Below are positions 18,043 through 27,901 of a DNA stretch of 47,034 bases, piece after piece. Numbering within the stretch: position 1 is the stretch's first letter; the number at the start of each line of letters is the position of its first letter. Source of the DNA: a virus (taxonomy: Duplodnaviria > Caudoviricetes); the IMG/VR virus record IMGVR_UViG_3300035670_000361, positions 1-47,034 of that record. One strand, given 5' to 3'. The position numbers were made by a program, and so were the translations under genes. The notes beneath the pieces were generated by a model. It did not search any database, had not been told where the DNA came from, and saw only the letters and a program-made list of their open reading frames with translations.

Positions 18043-21000
18043 ATGGCGGGTCTTCTTCTTGCAGGTTTGGGCGCTTCTCTCGGAGCAGGGTTTGGCGGTA
18101 CCATCTTCGGCCTGTCAGGCGCCGTGATCGGTCAAGCAATCGGATCCGTTGTCGGGTCGGCAATCGACAACTACCTCTTCGCTCCCACTCTCAAATCCTC
18201 TCAGGAAGGCCCCCGTCTTTCAGAGGCCAGCGTCATGACTTCTGTGGAGGGGAATAGTATCCTTAGGGGGTATGGTCGGTTCAAGTCGGCAGGCAATATC
18301 ATCTGGGCCACCCGACTCAGAGAAGAGGTGGTAAAGGAGACTACTAAGACGGGCGGCAAAGGAGGCGGTGGCGGTTCCGAAGTCACCACTACCACCTATA
18401 ACTACTACGCCAATTTTGCTGTAGGTCTATGTGAGGGTCCTATTCTGGGAGTCCACAGGATCTGGGCAGACGGTAAGCTGGTGGACTTGAGCGCTTACAC
18501 CTATCGAGTATATAAGGGCACCGAAACTCAGACTCCCGACTCGCTCATGGAACAGAAAGATGGTAGTGGCAATGTCCCCTCCTATCGGGGGCTGGCCTAT
18601 ATCGTCTTCGAGGATATGCCGATTAACAAATTTGGCAATCGCATCCCGCAACTGACCTTCGAGATTACCAAGCCCGTGACTCGATCCGATAACGATGCAG
18701 TTGGCGATCTTATCAAGGGCATTGACCTGATACCCGGGACTACCGAGTTTGGCTATGACCCCAACGTGATCGTCCAGAAGTATCCCGACAACAGCTCCCT
18801 AGTGGAGAATGATCATACTGGTGACGGGAGAAGCGACTGGAAGCATGCCCTGGATCAACTTCAAATCAATCTACCCAACTGTGGATTGGTCACTCTGGTG
18901 GTGGCCTGGTTCGGCGACGATCTTCGAATGGGGAATTGCACAATCAGACCCAAGGTTGAGAACCAAACCAAGATCACTAATCCCATAAGTTGGACTGTGG
19001 CGGGGCTTACTCGATCCTCGGCAACTGTTATCTCTACCTACAACGGTAAGCCGGCCTTTGGCGGCTCCCCCAATGACCTGTCGGTCTATCGTGCTATTCT
19101 AGACCTGAAGTCTCGTGGCTTCGAGGTCATGCTCTACCCCTTCATCATGATGGACATACCAGCGGGGAACACGCTCCCCAACCCTTACAGCGACAACGCA
19201 GCAGGAGTGGGTCAAGTCACATACCCCTGGCGAGGGCGGATCACCTGCTCCCCAGCCATCGGCTACGTTGGTACTGTGGACAAATCGGCAACTGCAGCCA
19301 CTCAAGCAAACGCTTTCCTCGGCTCGGCTACGGCAGCCCACTTCTCAGGATCGGGCGGCACCGTGAATTTCTCTGGTGGGGCAGATTGGGGCTATCGTCG
19401 GTTCATCCTCCATATGGCTCAGCTGTGTAAGGAAGCGGGCGGCGTCGATTACTTCTGCATCGGTACCGAAATGGTGGAGGCCAACAGGGTTCGAGATGGA
19501 TCCAATAACTTCCCCTTCGTGGATGGCCTAGTATCCCTCGCGGCTCAGGTGACCATTCTTCTCCCATCAGCTAAGCTAGGGTACGCGGCGGACTGGTCCG
19601 AGTATAACTCCTATCGTCCCACCGATGGCACCAATGATCTCTACTTCCATCTTGACCCCTTGTGGTCAGATGCCAATATCGACTTCATCGGCATTGACAA
19701 CTACATGAAGCTATCGGATTGGCGGGATAGCGACAGTCATGCCGACTATGGCACGGGCAATGACTCCTACGGAAACCCAAAGGGCTTTTCCATATATGAT
19801 CTTGACTATCTCAAAGGCCAGGTCGCAGGGGGCGAGGATTACGACTACTTCTACGCCTCGGAGGCAGATCGTCAATCCCAGACGCGAACCGCTATCACCG
19901 ATGGGGCCTATTCCAAGCCTTGGGTGTACCGTCAAAAGGATTTGGTGAACTGGTGGCAGAATGATCACTACAACCGTCCCGGTGGTACTGAGAGCGGGTC
20001 CCCCACAGCTTGGGTTCCCGAGAGCAAGCCCATACTCTTTACCGAGTTCGGTTGTCCCGCGATCAATAAAGGCACCAACCAACCCAACGTGTTCTATGAT
20101 CCCAAGTCCTCTGAGAGTGCTGTGCCTTACTTCTCCTCGGGCGGTCGAGATGATGAGATCCAGCGCCAGTATGTAAGGGCCATGGTAGAGTACTGGGCAG
20201 ATAACGCGAACAACCCCGCTTCGGGGGTCTACGCCGGCAGGATGCTCGATACCACCCGTATGTGTTATTGGTCCTATGATGCCAGGCCCTGGCCGACCTT
20301 CCCCACAGACGGCGACACATGGGCCGATCAAGAGAACTGGCAATTTGGTCATTGGCTAAGTGGAAGAATTGATACGGTCTATGTCCCCGATCTGCTCAAT
20401 CAACTGGCCGAGGACTACAACATTACCGCCAACTATAACTTCGATAAGGCCTATGGCTCCTGCGACGGTTTTGTCGTTCAGAACAAGGCCTCTTTCCGTT
20501 CCATAGTGGAACCCCTCGCGACCCTCTATCAGTTCGATATCATCGAGTCGGGCGACTACTTGAAGGCCATAAGCCAGCAGGAGGTTCGGTCTCTGGTTAC
20601 CGTCGGACTTGAGGATATCGCAGAAGCCCGAGAGAATGAACCCATAGTCCTGACTCGGTCTCAGGCATCCGAACTTCCTGTGGGAATGAGCATTCGCTAT
20701 ATCGACATCTACAAGGACTATGAGCCGGCCGCCGTATCTCAGAGACGAGAAACAGTGGAGTCTGAGTCCGAGCCTGCCTCTGATACTCCCATCGTTATCG
20801 ACTATACCCGGGCTCAGCAGATGATTGATCGTCTGCTTTATTCGGCCTGGGTCAAGAGGACTATAGGTGAGTTTGGTCTCCTTCCCGAGTTCATCTATCT
20901 GGAGTCCGGAGACGTTATCACCCTGGCTGATGGCACATTCGATAAGCCTCTGAGGCTAGAGTCCATTGTTGATGGCTCCTACCGGATGGCTGTAGGAAGG

Positions 21001-22011
21001 TCTTTCGACTTGGGGATTTTCCAGCCAGGGGGCGGATCTTCGAGGACTCAGAGGATCAATACTCAGGTTGTAGATCCAGCCCCTCTGGTGGCCCTAATGG
21101 ATCTCCCGATGCTCAGGAGTATTGACGTCCCCTATAGGCCCTACGTGGGTGGCTATGTGACTCCCTGGTCCGGGGTCAATATCTATAAGTCGATCACCAA
21201 TGGCAACTTCGGTCTTGATACCACACTGTTGGCCCCGGCAGTTCTCGGCGAGACCACAGCTGTGTTCAATCCCGGAGTTACTGACGTATGGGACCAGGCC
21301 AACGAACTTAAAGTCAAGATCTACTCTGATCAGCTTTCGTCTCTTCCGGAAGAGAATGTCCTCAATGGGGGCAACGCTCTAGCTGTGGAGAATAGCTCGG
21401 GTGGCTGGGAGATCGTTCAATTCGTGACTGCTACTCTTACGGGAACCCGTCAATATACCTTGACCAAGTTGCTCAGGGGGCAGCTCGGGACGGAGGACAA
21501 CATGGAAGTCAGTCTTCCTATCGGTTCAAGGGTGGTTCTGCTTGAGTCCACTATTCAGCAACTGGGGATGGGAATAAACGACATTGGCAGGGAGTATTAT
21601 CTTCGGTATGGTCCCGCAGACAGGGATATCGGAGACAGTCTATATCAGACCGAGACCAAGACCTTTACTGGTCGTGGTCTGAAGCCCTTCTCACCAGTTC
21701 ACATTGAAGGTGAGGACGTGGCGGGCGACATAACTCTCTCTTGGGTTCGGAGGGATAGGATCGGCTCTGATGGATGGGACTACCTATCCGATATTCCTAT
21801 GAGCGAGGCCTATCTTCAATTCGAGGTGGATATCCTGGACGGTAGCAACAATGTGGTCAGAACTCTGACCGTGACAAACGCCACCTCCGTGGTATACACT
21901 GCCGCCCAACAATCCACCGACGGGATCAGCGCCCCGTTTGATATCATCGTCTATCAGATTAGCGACCTAGTCGGTCGCGGCATTGGAAGGAGGGCCACAA
22001 TCAATGGCTGA
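18043..22011 (+). CDS. Central baseplate/tip protein, megatron (GTA g15-like, TIM-barrel domain)
   Basis: EGPRL, GNIIWA, FGNRIPQL, WFGDDLR, YAADWSEY, GIDNY, LLRGQLGTE. Confidence 0.95.
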   Translation: MAGLLLAGLGASLGAGFGGTIFGLSGAVIGQAIGSVVGSAIDNYLFAPTLKSSQEGPRLSEASVMTSVEGNSILRGYGRFKSAGNIIWATRLREEVVKETTKTGGKGGGGGSEVTTTTYNYYANFAVGLCEGPILGVHRIWADGKLVDLSAYTYRVYKGTETQTPDSLMEQKDGSGNVPSYRGLAYIVFEDMPINKFGNRIPQLTFEITKPVTRSDNDAVGDLIKGIDLIPGTTEFGYDPNVIVQKYPDNSSLVENDHTGDGRSDWKHALDQLQINLPNCGLVTLVVAWFGDDLRMGNCTIRPKVENQTKITNPISWTVAGLTRSSATVISTYNGKPAFGGSPNDLSVYRAILDLKSRGFEVMLYPFIMMDIPAGNTLPNPYSDNAAGVGQVTYPWRGRITCSPAIGYVGTVDKSATAATQANAFLGSATAAHFSGSGGTVNFSGGADWGYRRFILHMAQLCKEAGGVDYFCIGTEMVEANRVRDGSNNFPFVDGLVSLAAQVTILLPSAKLGYAADWSEYNSYRPTDGTNDLYFHLDPLWSDANIDFIGIDNYMKLSDWRDSDSHADYGTGNDSYGNPKGFSIYDLDYLKGQVAGGEDYDYFYASEADRQSQTRTAITDGAYSKPWVYRQKDLVNWWQNDHYNRPGGTESGSPTAWVPESKPILFTEFGCPAINKGTNQPNVFYDPKSSESAVPYFSSGGRDDEIQRQYVRAMVEYWADNANNPASGVYAGRMLDTTRMCYWSYDARPWPTFPTDGDTWADQENWQFGHWLSGRIDTVYVPDLLNQLAEDYNITANYNFDKAYGSCDGFVVQNKASFRSIVEPLATLYQFDIIESGDYLKAISQQEVRSLVTVGLEDIAEARENEPIVLTRSQASELPVGMSIRYIDIYKDYEPAAVSQRRETVESESEPASDTPIVIDYTRAQQMIDRLLYSAWVKRTIGEFGLLPEFIYLESGDVITLADGTFDKPLRLESIVDGSYRMAVGRSFDLGIFQPGGGSSRTQRINTQVVDPAPLVALMDLPMLRSIDVPYRPYVGGYVTPWSGVNIYKSITNGNFGLDTTLLAPAVLGETTAVFNPGVTDVWDQANELKVKIYSDQLSSLPEENVLNGGNALAVENSSGGWEIVQFVTATLTGTRQYTLTKLLRGQLGTEDNMEVSLPIGSRVVLLESTIQQLGMGINDIGREYYLRYGPADRDIGDSLYQTETKTFTGRGLKPFSPVHIEGEDVAGDITLSWVRRDRIGSDGWDYLSDIPMSEAYLQFEVDILDGSNNVVRTLTVTNATSVVYTAAQQSTDGISAPFDIIVYQISDLVGRGIGRRATING

Positions 22012-22720
22012 CACGACTAGACTCGTACTGCCCCTGCTCTCAGCATCGCAGGCTCAGAAACACGTTACAGTCAATGAGGCCCTCAACCTCCTTGATGCCA
22101 TCGTCCAGGCTGGCGTGATCGACAAGGATCTGACTGCCCCTCCCGGTTCACCGTCGGAAGGGGATATGTATATCGTGGGCGCTTCGGCAACGGGTGCCTG
22201 GGCCTCCCATGATGATGACTTCGCCGTCTATCAAAACGGCGCCTGGGTGTTCGTCACGCCACTCAATGGCTTCATCTCCTGGGTTACCGATGAAGAAGTC
22301 TTCTATGTCTATGACTCTGGATGGTCGTCACTTGCTGGGCTGCTGGGAGCAAGCTCTCCGACGGCGAATGGAGCACAGACAAAGGTGTTCTGTGTTGAAG
22401 AGGAACTCACCGCCCTATCGGGAGCTTCCGTCACCACCACTATTGCCTTCCCCAATCAGTGCATCATACTGGGGGCTTCCGTAAGGGTGACCTCGGCGAT
22501 CACCGGTGCCACTTCCTTCGACTGCGGGGATGGCTCCACCGTGGCTCGCTTCGGGGGCACTCTCGGGATATCCCTGGGCTCTACTAATCAAGGAACCATC
22601 GGCCCGGCCGGCAACTATGCCAGCACCACAGTTACTCTAACTGCCAACGGTGGTAACTTCACCGGAGGCTCTGTTCGAGTGGCACTCCACTACATGGTTA
22701 ATCAACCGCCTCAAAGCTGA
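22004..22720 (+). CDS. DUF2793 tail-fibre-type protein
   Basis: LPLL..SQAQKHVTVNEAL..LDA, PP.SP.EG..YIV...ATGAW. Confidence 0.9.
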   Translation: MADTTRLVLPLLSASQAQKHVTVNEALNLLDAIVQAGVIDKDLTAPPGSPSEGDMYIVGASATGAWASHDDDFAVYQNGAWVFVTPLNGFISWVTDEEVFYVYDSGWSSLAGLLGASSPTANGAQTKVFCVEEELTALSGASVTTTIAFPNQCIILGASVRVTSAITGATSFDCGDGSTVARFGGTLGISLGSTNQGTIGPAGNYASTTVTLTANGGNFTGGSVRVALHYMVNQPPQS

Positions 22721-22731
22721 GGAGAGACGCT

Positions 22732-23463
22732 ATGCCACTGACCAAGCAAGACAACTCCGCCATGACGAAAGTGGAGACTCTTCGGGTCCAAACTCGATTG
22801 AAGGAGCTCGGGTTTGACCCGGGTCCGCTCGATGGCGAGATGGGGCCCCACACCGAGTCCGCTATCATCGCCTTCAAACGCTCCCATGGCCTGAAGCCTC
22901 GTGCATATGTCGGCGAACGAACCTGGGAGGCATTGTTCGATTACCAGCCGACACTGGATACCGATCTTGACGAGTTGCCCTGGATCGCTTGGGGTCGCCG
23001 GCTGATCGGCCTCGACGAAGTCCGTGACAATGCCGAGTTGCGCAAAATCCTGGCGTCCGATGGACACGCTCTCGGCGATCCCGCCAAGTTCCCCTGGTGC
23101 GGTGACTTCGTGGAGACGGGTATCAAGCTTCATCTCCCCAATGAACCTTTCACTGGTGCACTTGCCAAGAACCCCTACTGGGCTCTCAACTGGCGCGAGT
23201 TTGGTATCGCCACGAAACCGACCTACGGCTGTGTCGCGTCAATCAGTCGTAACGGCGGGGGCCATGTCATGTTCCTCGTAGGCGAGGATGATCATCGTTA
23301 CTACGCTCTCGGTGGCAACCAGAGCAACAGTGTCTCCATTGTCCCTGTGGATAAAGGACGCTTCGAAGCCGCCTCTTTCCGCTGGCCCCTATCCTTCCCG
23401 ACTCGACCGATCTATCTACCGAGACTGGTCTCCGGCCAGAAATCCAACACTCAAGAGGGGTAG
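22732..23463 (+). CDS. Endolysin: peptidoglycan-binding domain plus CHAP/NlpC-type domain
   Basis: QTRLKELGFDPGPLDG.MG..T..AI.AF; PWCG.FV, GGGHV.F, LGGNQS. Confidence 0.9.
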   Translation: MPLTKQDNSAMTKVETLRVQTRLKELGFDPGPLDGEMGPHTESAIIAFKRSHGLKPRAYVGERTWEALFDYQPTLDTDLDELPWIAWGRRLIGLDEVRDNAELRKILASDGHALGDPAKFPWCGDFVETGIKLHLPNEPFTGALAKNPYWALNWREFGIATKPTYGCVASISRNGGGHVMFLVGEDDHRYYALGGNQSNSVSIVPVDKGRFEAASFRWPLSFPTRPIYLPRLVSGQKSNTQEG

Positions 23464-23469
23464 GCTCTC

Positions 23470-23688
23470 ATGACTAAAACCTACAAACGAGAAGTAGCCG
23501 TGGCTCAGCTGCTCTTCCACTGGCTGCTGGTGGCTGTGATTGTCTATGTGGCCATCCACCATCCAAGTCGTGATCTTTCGGATCTCATAGGACTGGCAAC
23601 AGGCCTGGCTGTCTGGGTTTACGGGTTTGCCGCTACAGCTTTTGGCCTGGACTCCTGGTCAAAGCAACTGAACCCACAGGGGAGATGA
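23470..23688 (+). CDS. Putative holin
   Basis: 72 aa, two hydrophobic helices, within the lysis cassette. Confidence 0.65.
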   Translation: MTKTYKREVAVAQLLFHWLLVAVIVYVAIHHPSRDLSDLIGLATGLAVWVYGFAATAFGLDSWSKQLNPQGR

Positions 23689-24002
23689 TCGTGGCCCGAT
23701 TGTACGTATACCTTGCTGTTCTGGCGATCATCGGTACCTTGACCGGATCGGCTTATCTTAAGGGTCGGACTGATGGTCGATGGCTGGAGAGGATGGTACA
23801 AGTCCGGGAAGTGCAGAAGCTCAACGATGCCCTGGACAAGAAGGACCGAGAATTGTCACGTCTGGAACAGGATCGCCTTTTCCGAATAAGGGAGCTGGAG
23901 ATCCTCACAGAGGAACTTAGGAGACAAGCTGATGAAGACCCCAATGCTGATCGTCCTGCCTTTGGTGCTGACAGCATGCGCCGGCTCAATGCCGTCCATT
24001 AA
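23685..24002 (+). CDS. Putative i-spanin (Rz-like)
   Basis: N-terminal TM helix followed by coiled coil. Confidence 0.7.
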   Translation: MIVARLYVYLAVLAIIGTLTGSAYLKGRTDGRWLERMVQVREVQKLNDALDKKDRELSRLEQDRLFRIRELEILTEELRRQADEDPNADRPAFGADSMRRLNAVH

Positions 24003-24207
24003 GGGGAGGTCGGTTACTCCTGCGCCCTCTCTCCAAGAACCCTGTACTCCCCCGGTAACCCTACCGGAACGAGAGGTCACTCAATCCGAAGCCGAGACCC
24101 TGTGGTTGAGGGATAGGAAGTCGCTTGCCAGTTGTCTAAGCAAGCATAATGGGCTACTGCAGTGGGCCCTTGAGATCACTGCTACAGTCAGAGGAGAAAC
24201 TGAATGA
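23932..24207 (+). CDS. Putative o-spanin lipoprotein (Rz1-like)
   Basis: Lipobox LTAC, Pro-rich, overlaps the i-spanin 3' end; start may be 23944. Confidence 0.75.
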   Translation: MKTPMLIVLPLVLTACAGSMPSIKGRSVTPAPSLQEPCTPPVTLPEREVTQSEAETLWLRDRKSLASCLSKHNGLLQWALEITATVRGETE

Positions 24208-24728
24208 AGACCTATGAGCAAGTCCAAGAGGCCTTTGTCAAGGCTCTTGAGGGTGAGAAACTCGCCACGACCGAACTCGTTGATCGGATTTGCAACGAGA
24301 TCAAGGCCCGGGCTACCGAGCAGTTCGGCGAGGGCGTCTATGTGAAGGGCCGACTCAACTACGACATGCAGGGGGTCAGCTTCCGCTTCAAGCGGCCGTC
24401 CATTGCCCAACGGTTCGAAGTATTCGTGTCGATCCCGGTCGATCGCCCGGCGCGCGGGCCTGAAGCCGGCGAGGTTTCGAGCCAGAAAGCCCGGTCTGCA
24501 GCGCCTGCTGAGACAACTGTCAAGTCCTCAGGTTCCCAGGATCCTGGCCAGGCTGCACCCACCCGGCTCGAAGTGCTTCTTCAACTGGCGGCAGGACTGG
24601 CGGAAGACCAACTCATGGATGATGGTCGTCCCCATGTTGATGCGATCAACGCGGCGCTTCCCGAGGGCGAGACTCCCTTCACCGCCAAGGAACGTGACCA
24701 GCTCTGGTCTCAGCGTTCGACTTCCTGA
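24204..24728 (+). CDS. Hypothetical protein with linker and small C-terminal helical domain
   Basis: AGGAG RBS, ATGA overlap; DGRPHVDAIN...TAKERD.LW C-terminus. Confidence 0.7.
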   Translation: MKTYEQVQEAFVKALEGEKLATTELVDRICNEIKARATEQFGEGVYVKGRLNYDMQGVSFRFKRPSIAQRFEVFVSIPVDRPARGPEAGEVSSQKARSAAPAETTVKSSGSQDPGQAAPTRLEVLLQLAAGLAEDQLMDDGRPHVDAINAALPEGETPFTAKERDQLWSQRSTS

Positions 24729-24735
24729 TCTCGCC

Positions 24736-24776
24736 AAAAAGCCCCGGCATCTTATCATGGATGACCGGGGCTTCTT
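24736..24776. terminator. Bidirectional intrinsic terminator between convergent operons
   Basis: A5-GCCCCGG.CATC...GATG.CCGGGGC-TTCTT. Confidence 0.8.
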
Positions 24777-24792
24777 AGTAGCCGAGCAGGGC

Positions 24793-25125
24793 CTACTTCG
24801 ATTTGCCCTTGCCTTTGCCGGCGGGCTTGGTCTTCGAGGCGGCCTTCGCCGGTTTGGCATCGCCGTCATCCTTGGGCTTTGCCACGCGCTTGGCCGACCG
24901 TTCCTTCATCGCCTTGACCACCGCGTCGAAGTCCTTCTGATTGTCCCAGCCGTAGCGGCCGCCCGCGGCCTTCTCGACGCCGAGTTCCCGAAGTGCCACG
25001 CGAACAGAAGCAGCCTGCAGACCGGTCGCCGCGATCAGTTCGTTGACCCCGAACTTCGACTCGGGCGCCTTCGTCTTGGGAGCCTTTTCCTTTTCAACCG
25101 ACTTGGCGGAAGTTCCTTTTGCCAT
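24793..25125 (-). CDS. Small Lys/Ala-rich DNA-binding protein
   Basis: HTH-like core VNELIAATGLQAASVRVALR with histone-like tails; GAGGA RBS. Confidence 0.75.
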   Translation of the reverse strand: MAKGTSAKSVEKEKAPKTKAPESKFGVNELIAATGLQAASVRVALRELGVEKAAGGRYGWDNQKDFDAVVKAMKERSAKRVAKPKDDGDAKPAKAASKTKPAGKGKGKSK

Positions 25126-26636
25126 GATATTGATCCTCGTTTCAGGTGTTGGAGCGTTCGTTCTGTGTTGAACTTTTTAACTATTACAAGATCGAATAGG
25201 TCCTCGTCAATAGAATTCTTTGAGCAAAGCACATAAAACTCTGAAGGTTCATTTTTCCCTTTGGCCGACAATCGAGCCTTCATCTGATCCCAATCCCTGT
25301 AGGAATGCGTCATGCTATATACGATTGCATGGCTCGACTTCCACAGGTCAACCCCTGTTCCACCTGTTTTCACTTGAACCACTGCAACGTCATACTGGGC
25401 ACATTGGAAATCACGCCATATCTGTGGTCTCAGCTTTTTCTTGGTCGAGCCGTTGACCTGTACAACATTATAGCCACTGGCAACGAGTGCCTCATAGACT
25501 AGATCATTGTCGGGGCGAAACGCCGTGAACACGACAACGGGCTTCGGTAGCTGATCGACTAGCTCAAGGGTTTTCTTGAGTTTGATGTCGCTCAGGTCGT
25601 GAAGGCGTTCGTCGTCATCATAAACGAAGCCAGTAGCAATCTGTCTGCGTTTCGCTATGTTCGTTATGACTAGCTCGGCTAGCACACGCCTGCGCTTCGC
25701 TGTGCGTGTCCTGCGAGGCAAGAAGGTAAATGATTGCTCGAGCATTTCATTGTAGCATCGAGCTTGTTCTCGTGACATGGGCAGCTCGACCTTGTGGATA
25801 ACAGCTTGTTTGATGCCCACATCTTCCTGTGTCAGGCGAATGCAATAGGGCTTGAGTAGGTCTATGAACTCCTTCCTTCTCTCCTCGCGGAAGACTGCTT
25901 TGTTCTTGAGGATGCGCTGCTGCAATACCTTCTTCTGCCATAACGCGGAGCCGGGTGGCGCATGCTTGAAATCAACAGTGGGCCACTCCATGTATCGCTT
26001 CTCGAACTTAGCCCAGTTCGTACCAAAGACCTCGGGATCTAGGAAGCGGAAGATGCCGAAGTAGTCAGTCTCGCCACCATGGCCGACCTCGTTCTTACCC
26101 CCTCCCTTGCCTTCCTGTGGAGTACCAGTTAGCACGAGCTTGCGTCTAATCCAACTGAGACGTGCCATTGCACGGGAGGCTCCATTACCCCGATTAGCAA
26201 TGCGCTGGGCCTCATCGACACAAGCCCAGTTGAATTTCTGGTACTTAACCAATCGTTTGATGAGTTTGGGGAGCATCTCGTAATGGATGAGTAAGATGCG
26301 GGGGTTGGGTAACTTCTTGAACTCCTCCCAGTCGCTCGTGACATTCAACCACGGGAGAAACTGTTGAATACCATCGAGCCACGTGCTGTCTCGGTTGGTT
26401 AGCAGCGTAACAAGGAGTCCACAGAAGTCATTGCCTTCACCTGTAACAAGGTTAATCGGCGCTCCCGCTAGTTTCCGGAGAGTGGACAACGTGACGTAGG
26501 TCTTTCCCGTGCGCTGCTCGCAAAATAGCGCGGTGGCGGGACGTGAGATGACGAACTCGTAGACGGCTTGCTGCTCTGGCCAAAGCTTCAGTGACGATGG
26601 CCTCTGCTTCTTCTTTGCTGCGGACGATTGTGGCAA
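25035..26636 (-). CDS. SNF2/SF2 helicase
   Basis: RTGKT, DEAQ, LTGTP, GGTGVDL; AAAGGAGG RBS before TTG26636. Confidence 0.88.
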   Translation of the reverse strand: MPQSSAAKKKQRPSSLKLWPEQQAVYEFVISRPATALFCEQRTGKTYVTLSTLRKLAGAPINLVTGEGNDFCGLLVTLLTNRDSTWLDGIQQFLPWLNVTSDWEEFKKLPNPRILLIHYEMLPKLIKRLVKYQKFNWACVDEAQRIANRGNGASRAMARLSWIRRKLVLTGTPQEGKGGGKNEVGHGGETDYFGIFRFLDPEVFGTNWAKFEKRYMEWPTVDFKHAPPGSALWQKKVLQQRILKNKAVFREERRKEFIDLLKPYCIRLTQEDVGIKQAVIHKVELPMSREQARCYNEMLEQSFTFLPRRTRTAKRRRVLAELVITNIAKRRQIATGFVYDDDERLHDLSDIKLKKTLELVDQLPKPVVVFTAFRPDNDLVYEALVASGYNVVQVNGSTKKKLRPQIWRDFQCAQYDVAVVQVKTGGTGVDLWKSSHAIVYSMTHSYRDWDQMKARLSAKGKNEPSEFYVLCSKNSIDEDLFDLVIVKKFNTERTLQHLKRGSISWQKELPPSRLKRKRLPRRRRPSRSSGSTN

Positions 26637-26877
26637 CGCCGCCTCCTTTCATGACAATATCCCTGATGGTCTCTAACTGGATAGCCGAGGGCTTGGAGGC
26701 CTTCTTAGGTAGCTTGACCTCGAGCGCGAAGAACATCCCGTCAACACAGCCAATCAAGTCAGGTATACCGGCGGGGGTAAATGGTCCTCCCCACACCTTA
26801 AACCACCAACCACCCACGGTTGCTCGCAGGTGGTCTTGGATTGACTTCTGTAGCCTGGACTCAGGTTGCTTGGACAT
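26452..26877 (-). CDS. VRR-NUC endonuclease
   Basis: ESRLQK.I, GIPDL, ALEVK, S.IQ; start ATG26877. Confidence 0.9.
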   Translation of the reverse strand: MSKQPESRLQKSIQDHLRATVGGWWFKVWGGPFTPAGIPDLIGCVDGMFFALEVKLPKKASKPSAIQLETIRDIVMKGGGVATIVRSKEEAEAIVTEALARAASRLRVRHLTSRHRAILRAAHGKDLRHVVHSPETSGSAD

Positions 26878-26892
26878 GAAGCCCCATCCGTG

Positions 26893-26924
26893 AAAAAAAA
26901 AAGAGGCGGGCCCGAAGACCCGCC
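26893..26924 (-). terminator. Strong intrinsic terminator after the SSB-like gene
   Basis: Minus strand GGCGGGTC-TTCG-GGCCCGCC then TC and T10. Confidence 0.9.
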
Positions 26925-26941
26925 AGTTGCCGGAAACCCGA

Positions 26942-27901
26942 TCAGTCGTCGGTGAGGATTTCGGCCTCCTCGGCCGCGTCGACCACCGCCGCGCGCATTT
27001 TGCGGAGAGTCTTGAAGTCGCCGAGATCCACGTCGAGCTCATGCTCTTCAATGAAAGCCTCGAGCTCATCCTGGCTCATCTCGTTGATCTCGTCCGCGGT
27101 AACCGTGCCGTCCTTACCGTCTTCGCTGCCGCCGATCCCGGCTTCTTCGGCAGCCGCGGCCAGGTCGTCCTCGTCGAGTTCGGACAGCATCTTCTTGAGG
27201 TCCTTGGTCTTGGTCTTGCCGGTAACCTTGAGGCCGGCGGCCTTGGCCAGAGCCTTCAGGTCATCGTCGTCGAGCTCGTCCAGGTCGATACCTTCGCCTT
27301 CGCCGTCCGCGTCATCCGTGACCAAGCCCAGCTTCTTCATCGCCGCGATCACGTCATCCTCATCGGCCTCGGCGAGTTCTTCGCGGATCGTGGAGGCGCG
27401 CTTCGACTTGATGCCCAAGGCCTTGCCCAGAGCCTTGATGTCATCATCGTCCAGATCATCAAGGTCGATATCGCCGCCACTGTCCTCGTCGTCACCGCCA
27501 CCGGCGCCGCCTTCGGCTTCCCAGAAGTCCTCGGGCTTGATCGAGGTCTTGCCGTTGTACTCGGACTTGTAGGTGTTGCACATGGCGGTCTTGCCGACGA
27601 ACTCTTCGGCGTATTCGTCAACGTCGAAGTCATCTTCGGGCACCTCGCCCAGGAAGGCCTGGAAGACATCCCGAGTCCTCCACAGAGCGGCCGGCGACAG
27701 AGAGGCATTGTGGTATATGACCGAGCCCTCGAACTCGTCGGTGCCCTCGAGTTTCATCGCGTAGTAGAGACCATTGTCGCCTTCTTCGACGGTGCATTCC
27801 TTCACCTTGACCAGGTACTCCTGGTTCGCAGCAAAGCCCTTGCCGACTCCGGCGAAAGAGGCTGTGCGCTTGGCTTTGTTCTTCGTGCGTCGTGCCATCA
27901 A
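26942..27901 (-). CDS. DUF669-like putative ssDNA-binding protein with acidic repeats
   Basis: N-terminal Y.VKV.E...ALWR...F...G...EYNGK pattern; adjacent to AAA ATPase and exonuclease. Confidence 0.7.
   Translation of the reverse strand: MMARRTKNKAKRTASFAGVGKGFAANQEYLVKVKECTVEEGDNGLYYAMKLEGTDEFEGSVIYHNASLSPAALWRTRDVFQAFLGEVPEDDFDVDEYAEEFVGKTAMCNTYKSEYNGKTSIKPEDFWEAEGGAGGGDDEDSGGDIDLDDLDDDDIKALGKALGIKSKRASTIREELAEADEDDVIAAMKKLGLVTDDADGEGEGIDLDELDDDDLKALAKAAGLKVTGKTKTKDLKKMLSELDEDDLAAAAEEAGIGGSEDGKDGTVTADEINEMSQDELEAFIEEHELDVDLGDFKTLRKMRAAVVDAAEEAEILTDD

Noticed and set aside
24403-25236. 277-aa + strand ORF crossing the convergent terminator
   Set aside because: Overlaps better-supported genes and a terminator; no motifs
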